The position numbers and the translations under genes were made by a program. Below, piece after piece: positions 12,239 through 25,784 of a stretch of DNA of 64,000 bases (position 1 is its first letter; each line of letters starts with the position of its first letter). The notes under the pieces were generated by a model. That model saw only the letters and a program-made list of their open reading frames with translations. It was not told the DNA's origin and did no database searches. Source of the stretch: Octopus vulgaris (taxonomy: Eukaryota); assembly GCA_951406725.2 (NCBI GenBank), contig OX597818.1, positions 21,948,001 through 22,012,000 of the forward strand. Reading direction: 5' to 3'.

Positions 12239-15060
12239 TTAATCAAAAAATCAAGATGACTATTTCTAATAGAACTCAAAACAGAATGTGCAATATGGTG
12301 AATCACTAAGTTATTTACAGAGTATATATATATATATCTATTGTCTTTTGCATTAGTTTCATGTAATTGTTGAGTTTATGAGGGATTGTTGTGTGTGTCC
12401 CATGTAATATTTTATTAAATTTCCTGTGGTATTTACTCTTCTGTGATATAATTAGTGAAATGCCTTGAAAGTATTACCCTAACATAGTTACAGTGCAATG
12501 ACTGAAACCAGTAAAAGAGAAAGAAAGGTGATTAATACATATTAATATAAGCAATAATAGGTTTCAGTTTTTAATTTGAGAAGGAGGGTGAGGTAGGTTC
12601 CCTGTAGCGTAATTGGTAAGCTATGGTTCTTGTCATGTCAGTTGGTCTGTTGCTTTTTGCTATCTCTTTACATACACACATATACACAAACAGGGGAAAA
12701 AAGTGCTTTACACCAGTAGTAAAGTGACTGAATTAAGTTGTATTATTTATAACCAAAGAAAAACTTGTCTGTTCAACTAAAAAAAATAAATATTAAAATA
12801 TTTTTTTGAAATAATATTCATTTATTGAAATGGGGTGAGTCACCAAACTGCTTAACTGTCCTAAAAAGAAAAGCTGGTATCTTCCTAGTTTGGACCAGCT
12901 ATATTAAAATTGACGCTTTAATTGAACTATTACAGTTATATGAAAAGCTTGAGATTTCAGTCAATTATATTCAACCCTAAAGTTTAATGCCACTCATTTC
13001 ATCACTCTCTGTTTATCAAATGGCTAAAACTGAGAGAGAGAGAGAGATTGCTCTTTTACAAACTTAAATACCTGAAGAAATTTACATATGCACAACATAC
13101 ATATACATTGTGCATGCACATGCATGTACACACACACATGCACACACACACACAGAGCTTCTATCAAATTTCTCTCAGAAGACATTGGTCAAGGCAATTG
13201 CTGTAGGTACTTACCCAAAGTGCCATGCCATGTAATTAAACAGCTTTAACCACACAGTCATGCCTAATAACTACATCTTAAAAGTGAGTTATTTTAATAA
13301 TTAATTGAAACATACTGGTAGTTCATTCTATATTGTTATGCACATGTCGTCATTGTTTAGTCCAAGGTTAACCTTGATTGAGTTAAAGGCTTTCCAGCCA
13401 AGCCATCCCTTTATTTTTTCAGACAAAATATATCAATGACATTATTCATTTTAACTTCTTTTTTTAAGACAATCGGGTGTGATTTGAGGGAGATTTGGCT
13501 TTCATATATAGTAGGTTGAGTGACTTATGTGGAGGCTCCTTCATTGTGATACATGATATACTGCAGGGCTATATGCTATACATGGCTTTAATGCTATGTA
13601 TGGCCAGGGAAGTTAATGTGTCAAGTCTTCTCTTTCCAAATTGATATTGTTTTGTTCCAGGTTAGCCCTGAATGAAAAGTAATGGTCAAAAGCAATACTC
13701 CCATGACCATTCCAGTTTTTGTTTAGGCATAATATATCTTTTTTTTTTTAAGATGGTTGTATATGGTTTAATGGAGTTTTGATTGCTGTTTCTAACAAGG
13801 CAACCAACCATGTAGAGACTCCCTTACAGGTTTATCTTTACTAAAGTTATACTCATAATTAGATAAGAGAACAGCACTCAGAACACTTGTTAGTCATATA
13901 GTGTTCCAGTTGCTGTTGTTGTCATTTACAATTTTGTAGACTAAGGGTAAAGAATAAAGACACCTTTTGATCATGAATGACCATAGGATTGCACCTAGAA
14001 AGTTCCCCTTTGAGGCACAAGTCTGGGCAAGATTGTTTATGGAAGACCAGCAGTCACCCATGCATACCCTTTCCACACCATCAATGTTATCCAAGGAAAA
14101 GGCAAAGGCCAATACAGCTTGGCACCAGTGACATCACAACTCATTTCTCCAGCAACTTGAAATAAAGTATCTTGCTCAAGAACACACAGCCTGATCCAGG
14201 AATAAAACTCACTACATCATGAATGAGCCCAATGCTCTAGCCACTGAGCCATGATGCAACAGATAAGATATTGAACTACTTGCTCTTAAGTTACAAGCTC
14301 AAGTCTACTGTGAATGTATTATTGTGTTCTTAGGCCAACCACTTTATTTTGTATTATCCAAGTTTAACACTCAGCTATCAGGAATAAGTGTCTGATCATT
14401 TGGGAATGTCAGCCTACAATAGATCAGCATCCTATCCTGCAGGTGATTTAACTCTTATTCACTTCATACCACTGGACAACCATTAAATTCTGTTCCTTGG
14501 AACAGGTGGGGTGCTTAAGAGATGTTTCCATTTTCCATTTCATATACAGTTTTTGGACAGTCAAGTCTCTCTCACTATCTCCCATTCTCTCTTTTTACTT
14601 CTCTTTCTCTCTCTCCTTCCTCTCTTTCTCTCCTTCCTCTCTTTCTCTCCCTCATACATACACACACAGCAATTTTTTCTCTTAGTATTTAGTTAGCCAT
14701 GTGAAACACAACCAACCTGTTTATATGAAATAATTACATGATATGGACTTCACGATAAAATCTTAACCTTTTATATCTATGGTTGTGCGCAAGCAATGTG
14801 GTAAAACAACTTTGTTATAACAACATAACAACAATTTAAAGGTAAAACATAGTTTTTACCTGCCTTTCATTTATTTCTAACAAAACCAACCAACCAATGA
14901 TGGCTGCAAGTACATGGAATGGTGGTTGTAGTTTTTCTTTTTAATGTATATTGTTGTTTTCTATCTGCATGTCAGTTCTGCTTTGGTGATACTTCTACAC
15001 ATACACCCCCCACACACACACACGCATGCATGCGCACACAAACACACACCTGCACACACA

Positions 15061-15151
15061 ATTTAGCTGTAAGCTATGTAAGTAGATCAAGGGCCCGAAT
15101 GTTTTGTTCATTGTACTTCCTTGATTCATTTATATAGCTTTACAGCTAAAT
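15061..15151 (+). ncRNA. Intronic long hairpin (pre-miRNA-like or ADAR substrate candidate)
   Basis: 15061-15092 pairs with 15119-15151, giving a ~32-bp stem with one bulge, three G-U wobbles and one A-C mismatch on the + strand, and a 26-nt loop. Confidence 0.4.
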
Positions 15152-16386
15152 ATACACACATATTTGCTCTACTTTTGAGTATTGAGTTCTAGTCTTCTAT
15201 TTGTATCATTTAACTTTTATATGTGTGTATAAATGTGACATTTTTTTTAATGACGCAAACCCTGCTTAACATACATGAAAGGAACTAAAATGTAGGGATC
15301 ATTTGGGAATTTTTATTGCCTTACCTTTTTAGTTTAATTAGCATTATACAGAATATAAATAAGAAAGAAGTTTTGCTATTGAATTTAAGTAAAGCCTAAA
15401 CATACACAACGATTTAAAATGATTGCTAAAAAAAATAAACAAAACTATAGCCAGCGCTGACAAGAGAGTATGACTTGGTTGTGTGTGTAAAATCTAAGAT
15501 GTGAAGGTTGATGAGAGAGAGAGAGCTGCAACACTACTAGGCTGAATCGGTTGCAATAATGTGAAATGAATTAAACCCACAACTTTACAGTCACAAGTTC
15601 AATACCATTAAGTCACATAGCCACATGCTTTGACATGTGTAAACATCCACTCACCCTCATGTACATGTGCACATAAACACACACACACACACACTCTCAA
15701 TATTTATATACATCACCTAAAATGTCAAATGCACAATTTATGAAAACTGTATGGAGAATTCCTGTGTTCTACTGGTGGGTGGAGAATGCAGATGTTTAAG
15801 GGAGTTATGTTGATTGTAATCTAGCTAGCTTAGTGGGAGCAAGAGAGAATTCTACATATAATACCTGGTATTCAATTACCATTGTACCTAATGGCCAATT
15901 ATTTAAGGAAAATGGTCTCTTTTAGATTATACAAGATGTATGTATATACAAGACATATTAAGACTGACTTTTGCCATTCTACTTTGGGCAAAATGTGCGA
16001 AACAGAAAATACTAACTTTTTAAAATAGTTTATTTAGCCTGTAACAATTGAATATTAAGAATCAAAATGAGTTACTTGTTAATTTTATTAGTTGATTCTA
16101 TGCACTCTCTGTCAGTCTCTGATTCATTCCCACCCTATTTTTTTCTTTCTTTCTTTCTATCTCGTTAACTCTCTTTTTAACTTCAGCTTTTAATTCTTAA
16201 AATCCTTTGCAGCAAGACTATTAAGAACATCAATTTACCTCATCTGATTGTGAGGGCCTACAAAGAGTGTGGGCATTACCTCTCTTTCTCAGGATAAATA
16301 ACAACAATAATAATTATTATTTCTTATATGGACACAAGGCCAGTAGTTTTTCTACTGTGCACCAGTATCAGCTAAAATTAATAATA

Positions 16387-16601
16387 CTTTCTACATAAGG
16401 TACAAGGCCTGAAATTTTGGGGTAGGGGACCAGTCAATTACATCAACCTCAGTGCGTAACTGGTACTTAATTTATTGAACCCAAAAAGATGAAAGGCAAA
16501 GTCAACCCCAGCAGCATTTGAATGCAGAATGTAGCAACAAGTGAAATACCGCTAAGTATTTTAAATACTGGCTTGCTTATGATTCTGCCAGCTCACTGCC
16601 T
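16387..16601 (-). mobile_element. tRNA-related SINE, family A
   Basis: Reverse complement matches the family-A pattern seen repeatedly in the window (GGC.G.GAGCTGGCAGAA...TTCAAAT...GACTTTGCCTTTCATC...TAAGTACCAGTT...GGCCTTGTGCC). Confidence 0.8.
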
Positions 16602-16885
16602 AAGCTGATAATAATAATAATGATGATAATAGTAATAATAATGGTAATGATGATTTTCAGATTTAGGCACCAAGAACAATATTGAGGGAGGGGTGTTAGT
16701 CATTACTATCAACCCCAGTACTTGACTGTTACTTTATTTTATTGACTCCAAAAGAATGAAAGGTGAAGTTGACCTCAACAGAATTTTGAACTCAAAACAT
16801 AATAGCACTGTAATGATTCTACCAGATCACAGCCTTGTTGTTGTTATTATTATTAGTAATAGTAGTGGTTGTGGTGGTGGTAGTG

Positions 16886-16919
<34 letters not shown>

Positions 16920-17366
16920 TAGTAGTAGTAACAATAATAATAATAAATATTTAAATTTAAATACATTATATGTGCTTGTACACTCTCTTCAAAAGATCAC
17001 ACACATAATGTATGTATAGGTTAATAGGTTGTCCTTTGCTTTCTATTTGCCTCTGTATTATTACATTATTTCAAATGTCTGTTATTCCATTTGAATTCAA
17101 AATATAATGACGTGTAGCTACATACCAGAAAGTATTCTGCTGTATCTACCATTCTTTGCTCTATTCACAAGAATTATGATTTCTAATGAAGACACATTTC
17201 TTGGTGATAGTGTTAAATTAACCTTGATTTTGATAATGGCTTATTTTACTGATACTAGGATTTGGCTTTGGCAGGATTTGAAAATAATTTAATAACACAA
17301 TGCTTTTAATTTGTTACTCTATTAATTCTGCATGCTGCTATCCACTACATCTTTTCTCTTTATTTC

Positions 17367-17578
17367 TTAACCCTTTAGCATTCCAATTAGCTATATCTGG
17401 CCAAAACATCCTACCAGTTTTATGTTAAAACTGGCCTCTCACACCTATACTACAATGTATTTCTGAAACTAAGCAATCACATCATGAAAGTGTCTTAGCT
17501 ACAAAATGATGCATGATTAAATAATGTGAATAAATAAGCATTACATTTGAGAGTGTAATCTGAATACTAAAGGGTTGA
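17367..17578. mobile_element. piggyBac-type MITE (~205 bp)
   Basis: TTAA-CCCTTTAGCATTC ... GAATACTAAAGGG-TTGA termini; related copies at 32891-33118 and 45854-46083. Confidence 0.75.
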
Positions 17579-19653
17579 AACAACACAGGACCATAAGTTT
17601 ATACGATAAGGATATCAGTCATTGAATCGGGTTTCAGTTGTAACTGCTTCCTATTAATAACAATTGTTTCTAACATAGGCACAAGACCTGAAATTTTATG
17701 ACAGAGGGGTTTTACTCAATTATATGACCTCAGTGCTTCTCTGGATTCCAGTTCTTTATATTTGTGTAACTCATACATTCTTGTGTTTAAATATTCTTAT
17801 GAAATTTGGCAGGCAAAATAAAGCAGTGCTACCTAAATTTATCGCATGGACTTTATTTGCAATTCCTAGTATTTTACCCTAATCTGGTTTGATTTTTTGG
17901 CATTAAACAAAGATTCTCACTTCAGTGATTTGCACAGTTTTCAAAGCCACTGTTTTGTGCCAAGCATTTAAGATATTCTAGATATAAATTTCTATCTGGC
18001 TTTCATTTATTCTTTACTTATAGACAAATATTCATTGAGTCAGGATTAAACAGGTTCAATTGCAACTGAAGAATAAGAAAATAAATCAAAGAACTTATTT
18101 ATTTATTTTTTTACTAATCCTAAATAATCATTTAATTATACTTAATTTATACCCTCTTTTACTGGCTTCAGTTATTGGACAACAACCATGCTGTAGCATC
18201 ATCTTCAAAGATTATTAGTTGAGTATATTGTCCCTAGTACTTATTTCAGTGTGAGACTTAATTCATCAATTTCTATTTGTTGAACCACTAAGATACAAGG
18301 CATAAAGGAACATGACACTACCTATGTGGTAAAACATAGAATACACACACACTTGCGTATTCAGAACTTTGCATACATACATGACTGGTTTTTACACTAT
18401 TTCTCTCAGCGAAGTTCCACTCACAAGGCATTCTAACACAGGGAAGTTATGTTAGACAAGTGTCTTCTATTGTTTGGCTGCAATAGAAGACACATGTTCA
18501 GCATGCTGGAAAGCAGGATTGAACTGGGAACTATGTGATTGCAAAGCTTCTTGACCATACTGCCAGGCCTGTACTTATTTTATTTTATAAGTATTTATTA
18601 TATAGCATTTCATTAATTGATATTTATTTATTTATTCTATTGTTTTAATTAAATGAATTATAAATTTAAAAACAATGAAGCATAGTATATGTTAGGTTAA
18701 AGTGCTGGACTACTGATCATAGTATATAGTCATAAGTTTACATATGACATCTTCAATTATTGTGGTGAGCTACTTAATTTTATTTGTCTCAATCTGTCTT
18801 TATCAAAGAAGAGGATCTGAACGTTGAAACAGTCACTGAGGCAATATGCAAGCGTCCACATTTGCAAAAGGCTATCCATATCCATGTTAACATGAAACAA
18901 AATTAAATATATTCGTTCCTTCCCTGTCCTTCCATATTCTCATTCCATTCCTTTTTGTTTCTAAATTCCTCATCCCATTCCTTCTTATTTCTAAATTCCT
19001 CTCCTTTTTTCTACATATTCTCTCTCACTACACTCAACTCATTCTTCTCTCCATTCACAGTCACCAGATTACACGCAGCTCATTCCTCTTCTGCCTATAC
19101 ACAGTTGCCAGACTACATTTAGCTCATTCATCTTCTTCCTTTCTATATCTTTCAATTTTATTACTTATGTTTATGTACCAAAACTCCTTACCATGATCCT
19201 AACTCTCAGCCACTTAGTGTTCTTTTACTGAATATTTTCTCTTAATTCCATTTTACTGAATGTTAAGCATTCAGTTAGCTCAATCTGTAAGTGTTCCAGA
19301 CAGACAGGCAATAGGTCGACTATTATTTCAGTGCCCACAGCATGTAACTGTATCCATCTTGGTGTAAATAGATATAACAGAAGAGAAACAATTTTCTAAT
19401 ATAAGCAATGGAAGTGCTGTGTAATTGACAAATTATTTTTTGTCCTGCTCTGTAGAATATAAATTTTGATACACTCTTTCCTGTGTTCTTTCTATTTCAA
19501 GAACATCTTTGTCAAACTTATTTGTTGTTATTAGATTTATATTTTGTTTTATTTTCCAAGGCTTTACATAAATCTCTCTCTTTTTTCAATTTGACAATTA
19601 AAGATTACAGTTGTTAAGTATATGTGTGTTACAAATCTATATTCCCATTTTAA

Positions 19654-19685
<32 letters not shown>

Positions 19686-19690
<5 letters not shown>

Positions 19691-20589
19691 TTTCTTCCCC
19701 TGACTTGCAGCGATGTCCATGAGCAGGCTAAGATTCTCGCTTCTATTTCATACATACATACATTTGTCTACCGTTTAAATGTTTTGAACTTATAACCACC
19801 AATCTGCTTTGCTTTCCTTTTCTCTCTACATGCCACCCTAAAAACATCGCCATTCCCGCCCGTTTCTCTAAAGTTCAACCTTCGCATATTCCCTTTAATT
19901 CGATCTCCACCATTCACTATCATTTCTTCCCCTGACTTGCAGCGATGTCCATGAGCAGGCTAAGATTCTCGCTTCTATTTCATACATACATACATTTGTC
20001 TACCGTTTAAATGTTTTGAACTTATAACCACCAATCTGCTTTGCTTTCCTTTTCTCTCTACATGCCACCCTAAAAACATCGCCATTCCCGCCCGTTTCTC
20101 TAAAGTTCAACCTTCGCATATTCCCTTTAATTCGATCTCCACCATTCACTATCATTTCTTCCCCTGACTTGCAGCGATGTCCATGAGCAGGCTAAGATTC
20201 TCGCTTCTATTTCATACATACATACATTTGTCTACCGTTTAAATGTTTTGAACTTATAACCACCAATCTGCTTTGCTTTCCTTTTCTCTCTACATGTCAC
20301 CCTAAAAACATCGCCATTCCCGCCCGTTTCTCTAAAGTTCAACCTTCGCATATTCCCTTTAATTCGATCTCCACCATTCACTATCATTTCTTCCCCTGAC
20401 TTGCAGCGATGTCCATGAGCAGGCTAAGATTCTCGCTTCTATTTCATACATACATACATTTGTCTACCGTTTAAATGTTTTGAACTTATAACCACCAATC
20501 TGCTTTGCTTTCCTTTTCTCTCTACATGCCACCCTAAAAACATCGCCATTCCCGCCCGTTTCTCTAAAGTTCAACCTTCGCATATTCCC
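19686..20589. repeat. Tandem array of ~3.9 near-identical 232-bp units
   Basis: The motif CATTTCTTCCCCTGACTTGCAGCG recurs at 19689, 19921, 20153 and 20385. Only one substitution was seen (CATGTCACC in unit 3); no spacers. Confidence 0.97.
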
Positions 20590-20845
20590 GGTGCACCCGC
20601 CCTTGCCCACCCCCACCACCAATACCGGATATCTCTATATTTTTATTCCATCTATACCGGATGTCGCTTCTCCCACCACCATTATAGGTGTCTACTCTTC
20701 GAACCCCCCTCTTCAGCACGCTATTTCACCATGCATTACCCCTCTCTTGATATCCTACGTTCTACTTGCCTAGAACCTGTCATCATTTCTCTGAACCACC
20801 CCTCCCCACTGGTGCTCCCCTATATATTTCTATACCCCCCCCCCA

Positions 20846-21069
20846 CATAAAAAGCACCATCCGAACGTGGCCGATGCCAGACCCCTCTGGCACCTGTGCA
20901 GGTGGCACGTAAAAAACACCCACTACACTCGCGGAGTGGTTGGCGTTAGGAAGGGCATCCAGCTGTAGAAACACTGCCAGACTAGACTGGAGCCTGGGGC
21001 AGTCCCGAGCTCCCCAGACCCCGGTCGAAACCGTCCAACCCGTGCTAGCGCAGAAAACGGACGTTAAAC

Positions 21070-21100
<31 letters not shown>
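20846..21100 (+). mobile_element. RTE-type LINE/SINE 3' tail segment ending in (GAT)n
   Basis: GGTGGCACGTAAAA..CACCCACTACACTC..GAGTGGTTGGCGTTAGGAAGGGCATCCAGCTGTA.. is shared with the 3' end of the RTE LINE (52818-52993) and with 55067-55403. Most CpGs are intact, suggesting a young copy. Confidence 0.8.
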
Positions 21101-21102
<2 letters not shown>

Positions 21103-23566
21103 ATACACACACATATATATACACACACATATACCTACTCTATTGACAAATATATAAATATATGAGTTCCTTTTTTTTCTGACTTATCGATTCTTAAACA
21201 ACTATGTGTGTGTGCATGTTGCTACTAGTAATGGTTAAATATTTTGAAATTTAAATGTATTGCTTTGTTTAGAATCACCAGAATCCAAGATAATTAATGG
21301 GTTGGATTGGATATATAGAGTTAATGTAATAATGGTAATTCTAGACAGTATACAGTCCAAACAATAATAGTTATGTTTAACCCATATCAGCCCTGATTGA
21401 GCAAACTTATGTTGAAAGACATTCCTGTCACAACCATCTCTGTTTACCATTAATGAGTTCAAGAGTATAGTATTCTGGATGCATGTCTCTTTCCCTTTTT
21501 TAAGAAGGAAATTTGGCTACTATTTCAAGCAGGTCAGGTGGCTGTGTAGAACTCTCTGTTCCTCTCTTTTACTTGTATAGCTATATTGGTCTGTACTGGC
21601 AAGATAGCACATGCAGTAATGGTAGTATAAAGTTAATATAGCAGTATTAGTCTATCTTGGCAATATAGAATCAATACAGTAATGCTGTATTTGTAATAAG
21701 AGAATACAGTTTTGGTAACCTACATTGGCAGTATAGATAAGTTCAACAGAATAACATTTGTGTACATTGACAGTGTAGATCCAATACAATAGAAGTAAAT
21801 AAATAAATGGATGGATAAACAAATGAATGTGTTATATTAGTTTTCTTTAAGGGAGGAAATATCTTGAGATTTTAGGCTGAACTCTGCTGAATACTTCAAA
21901 CTGGAATGTTTGTAGTTTGAAATTTCTCTGCTTAACAGCACTGGTAGAAACAATAGAGATTTCTTTTTTTCCTTACTGCAGTGATTCTCAACTTTTTCTA
22001 GGCCCTGCAACCTTCAGAAATGTTTGATTTAATTTTCACACCCATTACCTAAGTAATACTACATTTGGAGATTAGAAAGTAAATTTCCTAATAACCAATT
22101 TATTTTAAAACTTGTTTGGTCTTATTGCTCTCTAGAATGAATAAAGTTTTTGATGTGCTTAATAGAACAAAGTTATTTTAACAGTAAGTTAATAATTTCA
22201 TTCTGAATAGCAATTTTAGTAGAGTGTATATATATATATATATATATTAGAAAAATAAGGTACTCAGAAATCTGGATGGTTGTACATTTACAGATTTTTA
22301 TTGATATGCCACATGTTTTTATAAATCATATATTACCGCTTGCATCTACTCTAGTAGATTCTTCAGATTTGTGTATGTATATATATATATACAGTCCTCC
22401 TTCGTCATGCCTCTGAAGTGCTATCTTGCACTCCCAGAAGGTGTGAGTACTCAGGTTGGGAACCACTTCCTTGCAACAACCTAACATACCTCAGAGTTTT
22501 ATTTTTAAGCCTTCAAATTTAGCTGTTATTTTTTCCCAGTAATTTGTGATATTCCCAAGTAGCATAAAGTATAAAAAGCAATTAACTTCTGGGATTTATT
22601 TAACTGGTAAAGGGCTTGATATCTTAATTTTGGAAAATAAAATTCCAAATCATCAAATAAAAAAACCAACAAGATGTAATAAAAAAAGAAAACATTTTCA
22701 CTTTCTTTTTGAAGTCTTTGATAGCCTGAGATTTCTTTATGACTATTGACAGTACAGGCTTTATACAGTTTACAAAATAAATTAAACAGTAAAAATTACT
22801 TTTCTTTAGGGCATCATAACTATTAGGTTTTTATTTTTTCTTCCCCTTCTATAAAATTGTCTTCCTACAAAATTTTTCATAATTTTCACAAACTGGTTCT
22901 TCAAATCATACTGTGATGTTTGATAAGCACTGTATCTATCTGTCTATCGATTTCTCTGTGTCCATTTGTCTCTCCTTGTTTCTTTATAAGTCTATTTGAC
23001 TAGGGGTCAAGGTTGTGTTTCCATACTGCTTCGTTTCACCCCTTGTGTATTACTGGTTTCTGGAAATTTCTGGAAATGAGAATTCATGCATATCTCTAAC
23101 ATATCTCGGTGTTTTTACTTTTAAGTTTCCATATTTCCCTCAAGAACATTTAATGCCTAAATTAATGAAACCATGTGTCCATTTATTTCCTTAGTCTCTG
23201 ACTTACTTTCTTCTGACATTAAAAAAAAAAGTTAAGATTCCTTTCTTAATTTAACTCATGACACTTTCATGACAGGTCATCCTTAAGTGTGTCTTCACTT
23301 CCATCGTTGACATATAGAGGCTGCTGTGACTGCGTCATCTCTTCCTTAGTTTCAAGAATTAAACAGCCAGTCATGCTGTTAGATCAGTACCAAGATACAA
23401 TAACAGTACAAAAGCTGTAATTACGGATTGTTTCCTTCTCACTTCGTAATATGTTTATATAGTTAATAATTTGTTATTTTTGGCCATATACCCTAGCATT
23501 GCTTTCTGTGTATGCATGTGTGTGTGCTTGTATGTATAGTATAGAAATATATATGATACAGAAATA

Positions 23567-23610
<44 letters not shown>

Positions 23611-24307
23611 TCACTTTACTTCCACTTTCGATGCTGGTATGGGTTCGATAGGCTGCCAAGATCTGAGTTAGCTCTCTTGTTCAGACTTAGACTGGTTGGA
23701 AGACTGATTTTTCTTTACACATTTTGTTTTTGGTTTGATTTCTACAGTTGCATGCTCTTCTATCATCATCTTTACAGAGTGTACTCAGTACCTTTTGTCT
23801 TGGCACCAGCATTAGAGAGGTTTCATGTCCTCAACAACACTACAAGGTCCTCTTGACCTTATGTTGCTTTTGCTTATTCATTACATTATAAAATGTACTG
23901 GGTGCATTTCATTGTGACTCCAGCACTAGAGAGGTTGTCATGTCCTCACTAAAGATGAATGATCTTCTCAAATCTGTGCTGTCCCAGCTGGTTTGCCAAC
24001 CACTTTTTAGAGTGTACAGGATGGTGTTTATTGTGGCACTAACCTTGTATTCTATGAGATTGGTGGGTTTTTACTACTCAGTCATGTGTTCATTCACTCC
24101 AGGTAACAAGGCAAGAATGTAAATAAAAGTGGTCACTGTTGATTAAATACATCAAATAGAAGAGAGGATGAGTGGAGGGAGAGTGAATGGTGGAGATAAG
24201 TGAAGATATGAGTGATGGGATTATGAGAGAAAGAAATAGCAGATGTAGACTTAATGACAAATTGGCAAGATCCAAATACATGCATATGCGCACACACACA
24301 CACATGC

Positions 24308-24342
<35 letters not shown>

Positions 24343-24861
24343 TACACATGCATGCATGAATATATATATATATATATATATACCTGCACACACATACACA
24401 TTATGCTCCCCCAACTCCATCAATATCGTAATTTTTTTAACATTGGTTTCACTGTGCTTACAGGTCAGGTCTCTCCAGCACTGTATGATGCCAATCATTT
24501 TAGTCTATCGTTATCTTCTCCATTAAGCTCATCCGTTTTCACCATTCATTGCATGTCTTCCTGGATCTCCTCTTTCTGCATATTTCACCTGCTTTGGGTA
24601 CCCTGCACTTCTTTATACAACTGTATTGTCATCTGTACACATCACATGCTCATACTAACACAATCTTCTTCCTTACAATATAAAAGTGTGTGTGTGTGTT
24701 CTAGGCCCACTGACACAGGTTGGAGGTTATCCAATTTCTATAATGCTTAAATAACTGAGAATACAAGGCTCCCCTCTGAATGGGACTCCTGTATGTCAAA
24801 AGGTTAAACTTCCAGCTGGGCCTGGTATCTTTCTATATTTTACTTAAATCAATGTACATTA

Positions 24862-25105
24862 TACAGGGTTGGCCAAAAGTCACCTGACAGTAAATCAGAA
24901 CCCATTAAATTCCAAGATTAAAACAAAAAATTATTTTATATGAGACTTTGCAAATAAATAGACAAATGCTGAAAAAAAAAACGGTAATTTTAACTCACAG
25001 CATTCAATTACTAAACATTCATAATTGGAATGAATAAATAAAATTAAATATTAAGTATTTATGGAATTTTGATTTACTATCGGGTGACTTTTGACCAACC
25101 CTGTT
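24862..25105. mobile_element. Tc1/mariner-type MITE (240 bp)
   Basis: TA-CAGGGTTGGCCAAAAGTCACCTGACAGTAAATCA at 24864 is an inverted repeat of TGATTTACTATCGGGTGACTTTTGACCAACCCTG ending 25103 (~34-bp TIRs). The right TA TSD has decayed to TT. Confidence 0.85.
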
Positions 25106-25388
25106 TGAATTTTTTTCTTTCTTATAAAGGATATCAAGTTTCATAATTTCGGGTTTTCTTCAATACTTTATTTTTTAGAAATATTGTAGAATTTATCTTC
25201 ATTTCTTTTCTGTTTTATTTTCACTTTTTTAAGTACACTAGAATAAGATTTCACAGCTCGTGAGTGAAAAGATTCATCAACCCTAGTACTGGACCAGTAT
25301 TTTATCCTTTATCCACCTCAAAAGGATGAAAAGCTAAATCGACTTCTACAGGGTTTGAACTTAGAAGACAACTTTAGTCTTTTAACAA

Positions 25389-25428
<40 letters not shown>

Positions 25429-25430
<2 letters not shown>

Positions 25431-25735
25431 CCATGATCACTTTGACCGACTGGGCTATCAGATGTCGCTACACATCGCTGGTCACAATGTGCTTCGCATT
25501 GTTTTAGCCTTCTAATGACGCCACCCCGCTGGCTAAGCGAGCAGGCCAACAGAAGATAGAGTGAGAGAAAGGTGTGGCGAAAGAGTACAGCAGGGATCGC
25601 CACCCCCCCCTGCTGGAGCCTCGTGGAGCTTTAGGTGTTTTCGCTCAATAAACACTCACAATGCCCGACCTGGGAATTGAAACCATGATCCTACGACTGC
25701 GAGTCTGCTACCCTAACCACTGGGCCATTGCACCT

Positions 25736-25737
<2 letters not shown>
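25429..25737 (-). mobile_element. tRNA-derived SINE (family C) inserted in a (TA)n tract
   Basis: Minus strand starts GGAGGTGCAATGGCCCAGTGGTTAGG (A box) ... GGTTTCAATTCCC (B box), followed by a GC-rich body; flanked by (TA)n on both sides. Confidence 0.85.

Positions 25738-25784
<47 letters not shown>

Noticed and set aside
19686-20589. 232-bp array as a CRISPR array or hammerhead retrozyme
   Set aside because: No unique spacers, eukaryotic context, and no CUGANGA core found on either strand of the unit.
24187-24750. 187-aa ORF
   Set aside because: Runs through TA/CA microsatellites and decayed repeat sequence; no domain or splice support.
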